Source of the DNA: a virus | DNA length: 64,000 bases | Direction: 5' to 3' (one strand) | IMG/VR virus record: IMGVR_UViG_3300016667_000188 | Span: 9,026 to 73,025 of that record | Made by a program: the position numbers and the translations under genes | Notes under the pieces: model-generated | The model's input: only the letters and a program-made list of their open reading frames with translations | What the model was told of the DNA's origin: nothing | The model's database searches: none | In this document: positions 1 to 8,488 of the stretch, in pieces | Layout: each line of letters begins with the position of its first letter | Numbering within the stretch: the stretch's first letter is position 1

Positions 1-1302
1 ACTTCTAGTGGTTACGGTGGCGGATCAGCAGTCTACGCAACTAGAAACTTTATGTTCGATGTGATTAATCCATCTATTCAGATGCAGAATTTCTCTGACA
101 CAAAGTCTAGTTTCTACTTTATGGGAACTTCTGGTTCTTCTGCAGATGGTACACAGACTGCTTATGTTGCAGACACAGCAATGACACCATGCTTGATTAA
201 GCAGAATAACTACTTTATTGCTCCAAAGGTTGTTGCTTCTGAGATTAACGAAAACACATCAATGGGTGGTAACAAATCTGTTGTGTTCAGTGCGCTGATC
301 TCTACTACTAATGATGCAGTTTCTCCAGTTATCGACACTGCTCGTGCAAGTATGATCGCTGTTTCTAATAAGTTGAACTCCCCAACAGAGAATAACACAA
401 ACGTACCTGCTCTTGATATTAAGTTAATGTTCGCAGGTGCTGCAGGAACTATCACTGGTGTTCCAAATGCTGGCGTCTCTGTGAGCGTCGCAGGTGGCAC
501 TTACAACTATGCTATTACTGGTACATTGCTAACATTGAGTGGGTCTCAGTCGCTAAGTGCTGGAACCCAATACTACTATGCAAATAGACTATACCTATGT
601 ACTGTGGCAGGAACTGCAAGCACTAGTGCACCAACTCATACATATGGTACTGCAACTAACGGAACTGCTACCCTGCAATATGTAGGAAGTGCGTGTTCTA
701 TAACTTCTACAAACTCTACTGTTAGAGGTTTGATGGCTGGTCTCGGTATCGGAAGATACATTATAACTGGTGGATCAAGTAACACCGCTAATAATGGCAC
801 ATGGCTTGTTACTGGTTATAGTGATGACGGAACTACAGGAACTGTTTATGTAGATTCTACTGTTGGAAACGTATTCACAGTAGAAACTGTTACATCTTCA
901 TCGATCTACGTAGCGGTAAAAGAATTGTTCTCCGACGATATCAGCCCAGAAGGAAGTTCTACTCTAAGCAAGTATGTAACTAACCCAGTTAAGTTTGCAA
1001 ATCCATCGACTTACCTGCGTTTGAGTTTTGCGGCAAGTATTCCGTCTGAGGCAGATGTTCAGGTTTACTACAAGACTTGTATCGGCGATTCAAAGCAATT
1101 AGCTACAACTAAATATACGTTATTGAGCCCAGACTCAACTCTACCTAAGATTGCCGTTGGAAATCCAGTATTCTCAGATGTGACTTACACATTAACAAAT
1201 ATGGCAGCTTTTGATAGTATAGTTGTTAAAATTGTTATGAAATCTACAAATACTTCCGCTGTTCCTCTAATCAAAGATTTGAGAATTATTGCTTGCCCAT
1301 AA
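1..1302 (+). CDS. virion structural protein, 5'-partial (Ser/Thr/Gly-rich, baseplate/tail-fibre-like)
   Basis: Frame is open from nt 1 into ORF 52..1302, so the gene starts upstream of the window. Low-complexity S/T/G/N-rich composition typical of fibre or baseplate proteins. Position lies upstream of tail-fibre genes. Confidence 0.5.
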   Translation, partial: TSSGYGGGSAVYATRNFMFDVINPSIQMQNFSDTKSSFYFMGTSGSSADGTQTAYVADTAMTPCLIKQNNYFIAPKVVASEINENTSMGGNKSVVFSALISTTNDAVSPVIDTARASMIAVSNKLNSPTENNTNVPALDIKLMFAGAAGTITGVPNAGVSVSVAGGTYNYAITGTLLTLSGSQSLSAGTQYYYANRLYLCTVAGTASTSAPTHTYGTATNGTATLQYVGSACSITSTNSTVRGLMAGLGIGRYIITGGSSNTANNGTWLVTGYSDDGTTGTVYVDSTVGNVFTVETVTSSSIYVAVKELFSDDISPEGSSTLSKYVTNPVKFANPSTYLRLSFAASIPSEADVQVYYKTCIGDSKQLATTKYTLLSPDSTLPKIAVGNPVFSDVTYTLTNMAAFDSIVVKIVMKSTNTSAVPLIKDLRIIACP

Positions 1303-1303
1303 A

Positions 1304-1528
1304 ATGGATTATCTAAAAGTTCAAGGACATGAAGGTTTAGTTCGAGACGTCTCGACAGGAGCCATCATTAACACAGATAAAACAGAATACGACAGGTATT
1401 TGGAAACCCGCCGAAAGGCGGAACAGCGTGAAAACACAATATCTCAACATACTCTTGAGATAAATAATATAAAGAATGAGTTACAAGACATAAAAAACCT
1501 ACTTGTACAACTCGTTAATAAAAGTTGA
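1304..1528 (+). CDS. hypothetical small protein (coiled-coil C-terminus)
   Basis: ORF 1289..1528. The first ATG after the upstream stop is at 1304. Product is K/E-rich. Confidence 0.35.
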   Translation: MDYLKVQGHEGLVRDVSTGAIINTDKTEYDRYLETRRKAEQRENTISQHTLEINNIKNELQDIKNLLVQLVNKS

Positions 1529-1542
1529 CAAAAGGATCATAA

Positions 1543-2742
1543 ATGGCAAACATTTCAGCACCTTCAATTACGTTAAGAACTACCAAAGGTAGTCCCTTAA
1601 CTAACGCCGAAGTTGATGCTAACTTTAGTAATATTAGTACTGCATTACAGACTGGTTTAACTGCAGCTTCTTACACTGCAGCTGATGTTCTAGCTAAAAT
1701 TCTCACTGTTGACGGTGCTGGTTCTGGCTTAGACGCTGACGTACTAGATGGCTACAATCAAGATACAGCAAATACGGCAAACACAATCGTTCGTCGTGAT
1801 GCAAGCGGTAACTTCTCCGCTGGTACTATTACTGCTACCTTGGCTGGTAATGCTTCTACCGCTACTGCTCTTACAGCAACTTTAGCTGTTGGTTCTGGTG
1901 GTACTGGCTCTACTACTGCTGCAGGGGCGAGAACTAACTTAGGTCTAGAAATTGGTGTAAACGTCCAAGCGTATGACACTGAACTACAAGCTCTTGCTGG
2001 ACTTACATCAGCTGCAGATAAAGTTCCATATTTCACAGGTTCTGGTACAGCTAGCCTATACACTGCCAGTTCTTTTATGCGTGGTCATATGGCAGATGCC
2101 GATGCGATTACCGCTCGCTCAACTCTTGGCGTTCGAATTGGTACAGATGTCCAACCTTTCGATAATAAACTAACTTCTATCGCTGGTTTGGCTACAGTTG
2201 ACAGGGGCTTCATTACTAAGAATGGAGACTCTACAACTGTCGTTAGAGCAATCGCTGGAACTACTGGTAGAATCGTAATTACTAACGCTGATGGTGCCGC
2301 TGGTAATCCAACAATCAACTGCGGTAGCGATGTTCCTACTTTGGCTGGAAATAACACATTTGCTGGCACTACAAATACTTTCTCTGGTATAACTGCTGGC
2401 GCTATCACAGCTACATCATTAACTGCTAGTGGTGACATTACAGGCGCAACAGTTACTACTTCTTCAGACGCAAGACTTAAGCAAGACGTTAAAACGCTAA
2501 ATAATGCTGTAGAGCTCGTTAATTCCCTTCGTGGTGTTTCTTATATTAAGAACGGTAAGGCTGAGATTGGCGTTATCGCCCAAGAAATCGAAGAACATCT
2601 TCCTCAAGTAGTTAGCGAAGATCAAAATGGATTTAAGACTGTGGCTTATGGTAACATAGTTGGTTTGCTAATCGAAGCTATAAAAGGGCAACAAAGAACT
2701 ATAAATGAGCTAACTGCTCGATTAGAAAAACTGGAGAAATAA
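1543..2742 (+). CDS. tail fibre protein with C-terminal intramolecular-chaperone (peptidase S74-like) autoprocessing domain
   Basis: The C-terminus SDARLKQDVK...GVSYIKNG...IGVIAQEIEEHLPQVV...LEKLEK matches the endosialidase/tail-spike chaperone domain signature. The N-terminal part is G/T/A-rich fibre sequence. Shares the module RDASGNFSAGTITA..NASTAT with the 14248 gene. Confidence 0.7.
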   Translation: MANISAPSITLRTTKGSPLTNAEVDANFSNISTALQTGLTAASYTAADVLAKILTVDGAGSGLDADVLDGYNQDTANTANTIVRRDASGNFSAGTITATLAGNASTATALTATLAVGSGGTGSTTAAGARTNLGLEIGVNVQAYDTELQALAGLTSAADKVPYFTGSGTASLYTASSFMRGHMADADAITARSTLGVRIGTDVQPFDNKLTSIAGLATVDRGFITKNGDSTTVVRAIAGTTGRIVITNADGAAGNPTINCGSDVPTLAGNNTFAGTTNTFSGITAGAITATSLTASGDITGATVTTSSDARLKQDVKTLNNAVELVNSLRGVSYIKNGKAEIGVIAQEIEEHLPQVVSEDQNGFKTVAYGNIVGLLIEAIKGQQRTINELTARLEKLEK

Positions 2743-2743
2743 A

Positions 2744-3103
2744 ATGGGTATTGCTGCAACTGGATTTAAGATTTCCTCTGGCGCTGACTTAAATGGCGTT
2801 ATGTGGGGATATACTGGGGAAGTACGAAGAGATATTACTGAATCTGTTAACTGTACATTTAACTGCAATTGCCGTTGCGACGTTAACTGTAACTGTAACT
2901 GCGACCCTGCTGACTTGGCATTGAACGTATACTTGACCGATTATAGAATTGATGCGTTTAGAAACACCGCATATAACGACGGTATCCGTCCTGAAGTCCA
3001 AGACGGAACACCTTCTTTGGGTCTAACACGTTACTACAGAACAAACTGTAATTGTAACTGTAACTGTAACTGCCAGTGTCAGTGCAATTGCGCTTGTAAG
3101 TAA
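2744..3103 (+). CDS. Cys/Asn dipeptide-repeat protein (NCNCNC...; 27 Cys in 119 aa)
   Basis: Two blocks of CN/CQ/CR repeats (NCNCRCDVNCNCNCD and NCNCNCNCNCQCQCNCACK) flank a non-repetitive core. An RBS-like sequence lies upstream. The gene sits immediately downstream of a tail-fibre gene. Confidence 0.5.
   Translation: MGIAATGFKISSGADLNGVMWGYTGEVRRDITESVNCTFNCNCRCDVNCNCNCDPADLALNVYLTDYRIDAFRNTAYNDGIRPEVQDGTPSLGLTRYYRTNCNCNCNCNCQCQCNCACK
2849..2902 (+). repeat. tandem hexanucleotide repeat block 1, (AACTGY)-like x9, in-frame
   Basis: Nine consecutive 6-nt units of the form aactgt/aactgc/aattgc and similar, seen directly in the sequence. Confidence 0.8.
3044..3097 (+). repeat. tandem hexanucleotide repeat block 2, (AACTGY / CAGTGY) x9, in-frame
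   Basis: aactgt aattgt aactgt aactgt aactgc cagtgt cagtgc aattgc gcttgt. Confidence 0.8.
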
Positions 3104-3115
3104 TAGGAGACACAG

Positions 3116-3943
3116 ATGACAATGCTAAGAGTACAACCACTAGCCAATGTTAAGTACAAAGCTAAGTTTTATAAATTGGATGCAAATTCATTCAAAATTG
3201 ATCTGTCACTGGTAACTGGTGATGTTGACTGGGCTCCTATTGAGGGTGAAAAAGACCCAGAAGTTAAAACCCTAATTAGTACAGTGGTAGATAGCCGTGA
3301 GTATACAAAAACTGATTTTCCACTGCCAACCAGAGCACATCAGTTATACACTATTTTGCAAAAAGATGGTAAACTAACTGATATTATTGCTGTGTATGAT
3401 GTCACTCAAACAAGAAAAGAGAGTATCCCACAAAGAGAACACTCTGTTAGAAACGAGAATAATACTGTTGTTATGGGTATTTACAGCTGTGATCCAATTA
3501 ATGATGTTGATGTATTTAGCGATAATACTGTAATCGCTTTTTCAGACAGCATAGACGAGCCTTCTTTAGTTTCTGAATATGATGCTTCTTTATCTGAGGT
3601 GCTCGATACACCTATTATGAAGACTAGTGATGAGCAATACAGCCAATCCTTTATGGCTACTTATCCTAAAGTAACTATCACTTCTGCTGATACTGTTCAG
3701 GCTGGACAACCACTAGTTGTTACAGTTTCTATGGAAAAGGTTGTGAACAAATCCAATAAAATTGAAGTGTTTCTATACAATTCAATGGGTGTTTCGAATA
3801 AACAAAGAATATCTTTGGCAGATGGTGAATCTAGTGAGATCACTATTAACACTGAAGGATTGGTTGCTGGTGAAGAAATTATCTTCAAAGTCAATTTCTA
3901 TAACTACACAAGTTTTGCTAAGAAAACTATCGCCGTTGTATAA
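3116..3943 (+). CDS. hypothetical protein
   Basis: 275-aa ORF with an AGGAGA RBS immediately upstream. No motif recognised. Confidence 0.5.
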   Translation: MTMLRVQPLANVKYKAKFYKLDANSFKIDLSLVTGDVDWAPIEGEKDPEVKTLISTVVDSREYTKTDFPLPTRAHQLYTILQKDGKLTDIIAVYDVTQTRKESIPQREHSVRNENNTVVMGIYSCDPINDVDVFSDNTVIAFSDSIDEPSLVSEYDASLSEVLDTPIMKTSDEQYSQSFMATYPKVTITSADTVQAGQPLVVTVSMEKVVNKSNKIEVFLYNSMGVSNKQRISLADGESSEITINTEGLVAGEEIIFKVNFYNYTSFAKKTIAVV

Positions 3944-3963
3944 TTAACCAAACCTCCGCATAA

Positions 3964-3994
3964 ATACCTTAGTGGAAACGCTAAGGTATTTTTC
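3964..3994 (+). terminator. rho-independent terminator (9-bp stem ATACCTTAG/CTAAGGTAT plus U-run)
   Basis: Perfect inverted repeat 3964-3972 / 3981-3989 followed by ttttcatt. Overlaps an ATAAATA motif at 3960-3966. Confidence 0.6.
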
Positions 3995-4003
3995 ATTACA
4001 GTT

Positions 4004-4846
4004 ATGATTTTTCATCGTCTAGATAAGCAATACAAAGTTAACTATAGCATTAAACCTGCAAATAAAAGGCAGATTTATGAGTTTCAGATCAAACAAAATT
4101 TTAACCAAGACATTCTAAAGATATTATCTGAAAATTCACCACAAGGATTTAGAACAGCTGAAGGTGAGAATCGCTCATATAAATCGATCTCCCTTGTTTA
4201 TAATGATAAGATTGATGATGTAGATCCACTATACTCTACACTGGGTTCGAGTAAAATATCAAATTCAAAGCAATACTACGGTTCAAAAGAATTGTCAGAT
4301 TCATTGGGACTTAAAGAAAATTCTTATTATGACACATATGGATTCAATAAACGAACATCGGTAACTTATGTCGGCGAGTTTAAAGAATTCATCGATTCAT
4401 TTAAATGTTCTTTGATTCGATCAAGAATCTCCGTAATTCCTTCAAATGATATTAATGTAACCAAGTTCTCATATCTCTGGCATAGGGACGAAACTGTTTT
4501 TGAAAACCTTAGATTTAATATCCCAATTCAGACTGCAGATAATTATCTGTTCCAACTTGAAGATAAAATAATTCGACCATCACCGCAATCTCCAACTATG
4601 ATAACAAAGCATCTAGAGGTTGGTAAAGCATATTCTTGGGATACTAATAAACCCCATCGTGTGTTTGCGGATAAAGTTGGAATAATTGATCGGATTCATA
4701 TAGTTTTAGGTTTTAGTCCTTGGTTTGATTATCACCAAGAAACTGATTCTTGGACACCAAACGAATTTTTTAACAAAAAACACCCACATGATATGTTAAT
4801 TGATGGGGATGTAATTCCTTCTAAATACATAGAGTATCTTGGATAA
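4004..4846 (+). CDS. hypothetical protein, possibly Fe(II)/2OG-oxygenase-like (WHRDE ... HRVF)
   Basis: An HxD/E ... H arrangement (WHRDETVF, KPHRVFADK) is compatible with a cupin-type facial triad. Weak evidence. Confidence 0.35.
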   Translation: MIFHRLDKQYKVNYSIKPANKRQIYEFQIKQNFNQDILKILSENSPQGFRTAEGENRSYKSISLVYNDKIDDVDPLYSTLGSSKISNSKQYYGSKELSDSLGLKENSYYDTYGFNKRTSVTYVGEFKEFIDSFKCSLIRSRISVIPSNDINVTKFSYLWHRDETVFENLRFNIPIQTADNYLFQLEDKIIRPSPQSPTMITKHLEVGKAYSWDTNKPHRVFADKVGIIDRIHIVLGFSPWFDYHQETDSWTPNEFFNKKHPHDMLIDGDVIPSKYIEYLG

Positions 4847-4858
4847 CGGAGCCATATT

Positions 4859-5614
4859 ATGCGTATATCTCATAATCACGCAGTGAGATCTTTGCAGGTC
4901 TTAAATCACATTCTATTTGCCATCGGGTTGTGGTACGTATTCGCCACGGCATCATACTTTTTATTATTGGTGGCATTATTCACTTACTGGACTATTGGTA
5001 TTCTAGGAATTAATGTTGGATTACATCGCTTATTATCCCATAGATCATTTAAAACAAATCCAATAATCGAAAAGGTGTTATCTGTTATTGGAGTTTTAAC
5101 CACAGTGGGATCCCCATTAGCTTGGGTTGCTGTTCACCGACACCATCATCGTGCAGCTGATAGACCAAACGATGTACATTCACCATATCAATTAGGTTGG
5201 TGGCGTGCTTGGTTTGGCTTTTGGAATTATGATGGTATCGAGATGAAGCTCGTTAGAGATATGAGACGAGACGCATTTCAAAAAAATTGTCACAAGTATT
5301 ATTTCCACATAATCGCAGTATATTGTATAATTCTGGCACTAATTAACCCATGGTTGATTATATTTGCTTATTGTATTCCAGCTAGTTTATGTTTGCATTC
5401 TAGCTCTGCCATCATTGTTATTGCACATATCCATGGATATGTGAATCACGAGTTAAAACATGACCAAGCTAAAAACTCTTGGATTGCTAATTTAATAACA
5501 ATGGGTGAAGGATGGCATAACAATCACCATGCTAAACCCTATGCTTGGTCTAATTGGGAAAACTGGTGGGAGTGGGATATTCCTTCATTAGTCATTAGAG
5601 TTATTAAAACATGA
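4859..5614 (+). CDS. membrane fatty-acid desaturase (delta-9 acyl-lipid/acyl-CoA desaturase-like), copy 1
   Basis: Three histidine boxes HRLLSH, HRHHH and HNNHH in the canonical order, with hydrophobic TM stretches between them. Confidence 0.7.
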   Translation: MRISHNHAVRSLQVLNHILFAIGLWYVFATASYFLLLVALFTYWTIGILGINVGLHRLLSHRSFKTNPIIEKVLSVIGVLTTVGSPLAWVAVHRHHHRAADRPNDVHSPYQLGWWRAWFGFWNYDGIEMKLVRDMRRDAFQKNCHKYYFHIIAVYCIILALINPWLIIFAYCIPASLCLHSSSAIIVIAHIHGYVNHELKHDQAKNSWIANLITMGEGWHNNHHAKPYAWSNWENWWEWDIPSLVIRVIKT

Positions 5615-6369
5615 CATTCGGAAAAAACTTCTTTCTGGTTTTCTTACCATTACACATTCTTGGTATTGTTGGTCTTTACTTTGCTCCAAGCAATTTAATA
5701 ACTCTATTTGTTATTTGGTTTTTGATTGGGGTTATTGGTAATGGCGTGGCAGCGCATAGATATTTCGCCCATGGACAGTTCACTTGTTCAACACCAACCA
5801 AATGGGTATTAGGATTTCTTTCAACACTTGGTGGTATTGGTCCAATTAGCTATTGGATGATTCAACATAAAACACACCATATTAGAGCAGACAGCGAAAA
5901 TGATCCCCACTATACAGGTAAGGGGATTTGGTACACCATGTATTCTTGGACATTTCCGCAAGGAAATAATGAGAAACAATATATGAAAGAAAGATTCGCT
6001 AAAAGATTGGCAGTTCAAATCGCAAAAGATCCATTCTTATCTTTTTTTCACAAGTATCATTATTTTATCATATACAGTTTTTGTATAATTCTGGCTGTTA
6101 TTAACCCAGTATACTTGTTCCTATATGCACTAGCTTATTGCTTAGACTTTATGAGGCTAGGATTAGTTAATTACTTTTGCCATGGCACAGGCTATAGAAA
6201 CCATGAAACCCAAGACAAGTCAACAAATAACTTATTATTGGGTTTATTAGGAATGGGGTTTGGATGGCATAATAACCACCATGCATCTCCAGGGAAACTT
6301 ATATTAACTGAGAGATGGTGGGAAATTGATGTAGAAGGTTATCTTGGAAAACTGTTTAGTAAAATTTAA
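5611..6369 (+). CDS. membrane fatty-acid desaturase-like, copy 2 (tandem paralogue)
   Basis: His boxes HRYFAH, HKTHH and HNNHH. Paralogous to 4859..5614. Stop and start overlap (ATGA). Confidence 0.7.
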   Translation: MTFGKNFFLVFLPLHILGIVGLYFAPSNLITLFVIWFLIGVIGNGVAAHRYFAHGQFTCSTPTKWVLGFLSTLGGIGPISYWMIQHKTHHIRADSENDPHYTGKGIWYTMYSWTFPQGNNEKQYMKERFAKRLAVQIAKDPFLSFFHKYHYFIIYSFCIILAVINPVYLFLYALAYCLDFMRLGLVNYFCHGTGYRNHETQDKSTNNLLLGLLGMGFGWHNNHHASPGKLILTERWWEIDVEGYLGKLFSKI

Positions 6370-6986
6370 GAGTTTCCAACTTCCCATGTTTTAATTACTG
6401 TTTCCATATATTCATCACAATTTGGGTATTTGCGATACTCTTGTCTAAGTACCCAATTTACAATTACAATATCAGTTTTTGCTACTCTGTTATTAAATAT
6501 GTTTGATGAGAATAGATGATATTTCGATGATCTACCTTTTGGTACAATTTCTTCAATAAACAAATCATATCTTGATAGAATGTCACTTTTCATTCTATAT
6601 TTTGAGATTCTATAAGACAGCGGTCTGGCGTAATAAAATTGATGATATCCATTATCTTCCATATATTTTACTGAGTGTTCCATCAATTTAAATATACCAT
6701 TCTTATTCATCCAAAGAGATGATGGTCTTGAAGTAACATACGCCATATACCAAGAGTTTTGCCCCTGCAACTTAATGTTTAGGATTACGCTGTGTAATTT
6801 GTCTTCAATATAATAACCAAAGACGTTACCCTTATAATCAAATCTTAAACATTCAATAAAAGTCTCTAATAAATTTTCATTTAGAGATTCTTCTTTTATA
6901 ACTTTGGCTGATTTTTCTCTTAGATTAAGTATCTCTTCAATCTCTTTTTTATGTAAAAGGTTTAATTTTTTTATCTCCATAAACAC
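6366..6986 (-). CDS. hypothetical protein
   Basis: 206-aa minus-strand ORF. Start of an ORF string that opposes the flanking + genes. Confidence 0.45.
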   Translation of the reverse strand: MFMEIKKLNLLHKKEIEEILNLREKSAKVIKEESLNENLLETFIECLRFDYKGNVFGYYIEDKLHSVILNIKLQGQNSWYMAYVTSRPSSLWMNKNGIFKLMEHSVKYMEDNGYHQFYYARPLSYRISKYRMKSDILSRYDLFIEEIVPKGRSSKYHLFSSNIFNNRVAKTDIVIVNWVLRQEYRKYPNCDEYMETVIKTWEVGNS

Positions 6987-7756
6987 TCGTCCTTATATTT
7001 CTCAACACTGGATTCCAGCAATTTATATAAAGCGTCATTATTAAATTTTTTCCATCCTAAGAAAAAGATAATTCTATCACCAATTTCTTGATTGTGAGTT
7101 TCTACAGCATGAACTCCCCTGACGCTATTCAAAATGAATGGATATTTACCTGAGTTTCGTTTAACAATAAGTTTTTTACTAAAATCATATTGTTTTGATA
7201 AGTCAACCTTTTCTGTTTTTCCATCTGGTCTAACTTTCCAAGTTTGCACTCTTTCTTCTAGAGGTTCAAACGATGGGTGAAAATATAACTGAGCTCTTTC
7301 TTTTTTAGTTATGTAAAATCTAAACCCGAACCAATCTTCTGGGTCGCTATGTGGAAATACAGTCTTTTCTTGTTTTTGGGCTAATGCTTGCACTCCCCAT
7401 AAGTCATCTAAGTCTGCTGGGAATAATTTTATGTATTCTACAAGTTCTGGAAATCTTTTATCAAACCCATTCATCCAACCAATATTAACACCTGAATTGA
7501 CATATGGAAATGTTGTAATCCAAGGATATTCCTGCTGTTCAACTGATTTCACATTTCCAATAATTGGTAAACCTAGCTTATCAGCTGTACCTGTTTTAAT
7601 TAGAGTTTTGGTTGCGTTATTATCTGTTTCAATCATCCACTCAGTTAATCTTTTAATATCAACTTCTGGAGGTTCTGGTAAATCTAAAGGGCAGTAAATC
7701 AAATCTTTGAATTTACTCAAATGGTCCATGTCTAAAATTCTAATGTGTTTTTTCAT
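6971..7756 (-). CDS. hypothetical protein, HxD...H paralogue A (putative cupin/2OG-Fe(II) oxygenase-like)
   Basis: Paralogous to 7758..8441 (IYCPLDLPEPPEVDI vs IYTPLDLPTPPKVDI; FPHSDPEDWFGFRFY vs FPHSDHDKFFGLRYY). Conserved HSD ... GVHAV motif. Confidence 0.5.
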   Translation of the reverse strand: MKKHIRILDMDHLSKFKDLIYCPLDLPEPPEVDIKRLTEWMIETDNNATKTLIKTGTADKLGLPIIGNVKSVEQQEYPWITTFPYVNSGVNIGWMNGFDKRFPELVEYIKLFPADLDDLWGVQALAQKQEKTVFPHSDPEDWFGFRFYITKKERAQLYFHPSFEPLEERVQTWKVRPDGKTEKVDLSKQYDFSKKLIVKRNSGKYPFILNSVRGVHAVETHNQEIGDRIIFFLGWKKFNNDALYKLLESSVEKYKDECLWR

Positions 7757-7757
7757 A

Positions 7758-8441
7758 TTAATACCAAATTGCGTAGTCTTTGTATTTGTCAGTAGATCTT
7801 TTCAGTAGCGCAAGCATCTCATCCATCTTGTAACCTCCATTACTAGGTGAGGGTATCACTGAGATTCTATCGCCAAATGTGCCTGGTTTAGCATCTACTC
7901 CGTGTAGTGCTCTAATGTTATTTAAAAACCAAGCATGAGGGTAAGGTAGTTGTTTTGGATGGATTTTAACTTTGTCAGTAATCTCAATAAGTTTTTTACC
8001 TTCTTTAAATTTATCTGGAACATCTTCAAGGCGTTCTTTTGTTTTCATAAAATAAAGCCCAGTGTCTTGTTCAGAGAAGTTTAGATAGTATCTAAGTCCA
8101 AAAAATTTATCATGATCACTATGTGGGAATACTGTTTCAGTTGCATACTGCACAGTAAAGATATAAGATCCAGGGTTTACTGGAAAATTAAAGTAGTAGT
8201 CATATATCTCTGGAAATTCTTTTCGTAGGTTGTTCGTCAGATAGTTGTTTTTATCTGCCATATCAACGGTGACATTCAGCCATGGATATTTGATACCCAT
8301 CTTTGCCACTTGGATTTCGTTGGAATAAATAACTTTTTTGTTGTGTTTCATCCAGTCAACAAATGACGGGATGTCAACTTTTGGTGGCGTTGGTAAATCT
8401 AATGGAGTGTAGATTATATCTTTCGCAGAATCCATGTCCAT
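7758..8441 (-). CDS. hypothetical protein, HxD...H paralogue B
   Basis: See 6971..7756. Tandem duplication on the minus strand. Confidence 0.5.
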   Translation of the reverse strand: MDMDSAKDIIYTPLDLPTPPKVDIPSFVDWMKHNKKVIYSNEIQVAKMGIKYPWLNVTVDMADKNNYLTNNLRKEFPEIYDYYFNFPVNPGSYIFTVQYATETVFPHSDHDKFFGLRYYLNFSEQDTGLYFMKTKERLEDVPDKFKEGKKLIEITDKVKIHPKQLPYPHAWFLNNIRALHGVDAKPGTFGDRISVIPSPSNGGYKMDEMLALLKRSTDKYKDYAIWY

Positions 8442-8488
8442 GATAACTCCTAAATAGTTCAGTATGAATGTATTTATAAAGGTAAACT

